This document shows, one piece after another, positions 63,527-64,000 of a stretch of DNA of 64,000 nt. Under the pieces are notes generated by a model. It had not been told where the DNA came from, searched no databases, and saw only the letters and a list, made by a program, of their open reading frames with translations. The translations under genes were made by a program, and so were the position numbers. The number at the start of each line of letters is the position of its first letter. Positions within the stretch are counted from its first letter, which is position 1. Origin of the DNA: a virus (Duplodnaviria > Caudoviricetes); IMG/VR virus record IMGVR_UViG_3300042260_000337; one strand, given 5' to 3'.

Positions 63527-63790
63527 TCAGGTATCTGGTTCGGCCACCAGCGGGAGAGATTTTTCCCAAAATGTCAGCATACCAGTATCACAAAGAGTAA
63601 CCAGATGCCGCCCGATCTTTATTGCCTTATCGGACTTCCTGAATGTGACTATCGGAATCGAACCGAATACTAGCGTATAAAGTATGAAACAGGGACTCCA
63701 CAGAGGCTAACTATTTGCCAAATAACTTTCATCACAGAGAAGCTAACCATGGCCTCTCACGAGTTTATTACGTAACCACCCGATGTTTCC
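63527..63790 (-). ncRNA. Candidate structured RNA
   Basis: ATCTGGTT/AACCAGAT, TCAGG/CCTGA and GTCCGAT/ATCGGGC helices; T-arm-like TCGG-TTCGATT-CCGA; own promoter. Confidence 0.35.
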
Positions 63791-63799
63791 ATATATAGT

Positions 63800-63828
63800 A
63801 ATATAGTTCATTACGTATATATTGTCAA
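63800..63828 (-). promoter_or_regulatory. Sigma70-like promoter
   Basis: TTGACA, 17-nt spacer, TATATT. Confidence 0.7.
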
Positions 63829-63840
63829 CATATAAAAACC

Positions 63841-63870
63841 AAAAACCCCCAACTTTTTCAGTTGAGGGTT
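63841..63870 (-). terminator. Intrinsic terminator
   Basis: AACCCTCAAC-TGAAAAA-GTTGGGGGTTTTT. Confidence 0.8.
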
Positions 63871-63904
63871 CTTGAAACTTCGGTCTTCCAGCCTACTTTA
63901 CGTC

Positions 63905-63985
63905 TCACATCCCCCCAAGGCACACGTTATCCTCTGGATTATTACCCAGTCCTTGTGCCTGTATTGATGTCGCGACGAAAGTCAT
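63905..63985 (-). CDS. Possible 26-aa small peptide
   Basis: AAGGA-N8-ATG; MTFVATSIQAQGLGNNPEDNVCLGGM-stop, followed by a terminator. Confidence 0.35.
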   Translation of the reverse strand: MTFVATSIQAQGLGNNPEDNVCLGGM

Positions 63986-64000
63986 TTTTTTATTCCTTAT

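Noticed and set aside
58767-63600. Tracked ORFs 58767, 58778, 59032, 60889, 61035, 61300, 62069 and 63265
   Set aside because: They overlap tRNAs, ncRNAs or promoter arrays and have no RBS or protein motifs.
63630-63642. RNase P RNA (AGGAAGTCCG resembles the P4 5' strand)
   Set aside because: No matching 3' P4 strand (ACAGAA...CGGCUUA) and the length and fold do not fit.

Overview
This window is a segment of a large, T4-related (jumbo-type) dsDNA phage genome. The evidence is a family-B DNA polymerase, a gp45-like clamp, T4-like RNase H and DsbA, thyA, metK, sigma70-type early promoters, T4-late-like ATAAATA promoters and a tRNA array. There are five blocks. (1) 1-26.2 kb: a translationally coupled, late-promoter-driven modification cluster with 10 radical SAM enzymes, three paralogous glycosyltransferase-like genes, an NTP-transferase/HAD fusion, a PLP aminotransferase, an SGNH hydrolase, a carbamoyltransferase, a six-repeat DxD protein, a 2OG-Fe(II) oxygenase, methyltransferases and two QueC-like proteins. 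(2) 26.3-43.3 kb, minus strand: nucleotide metabolism and replication. (3) 43.3-53.6 kb: a late operon of probable capsid-packaged proteins with T4 capsid-targeting-like N-termini, including a 1862-aa multi-GNAT/ParB polyprotein. (4) 53.7-55.2 kb: small early genes. (5) 55.2-64 kb: 16 tRNA genes, two HNH genes and many structured non-coding RNAs under rrn-like tandem promoters with a boxA. The best leads are four. A CUA-anticodon tRNA sits directly upstream of a gene whose codon 2 is an in-frame TAG. A DNA methyltransferase ends in the same DNLFEF clamp-binding-type peptide as the adjacent polymerase. The polyprotein looks protease-processable. A GOLLD-like ~850-nt RNA carries an embedded tRNA-like domain. 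Family names come from motif recognition by eye; no database search was run.
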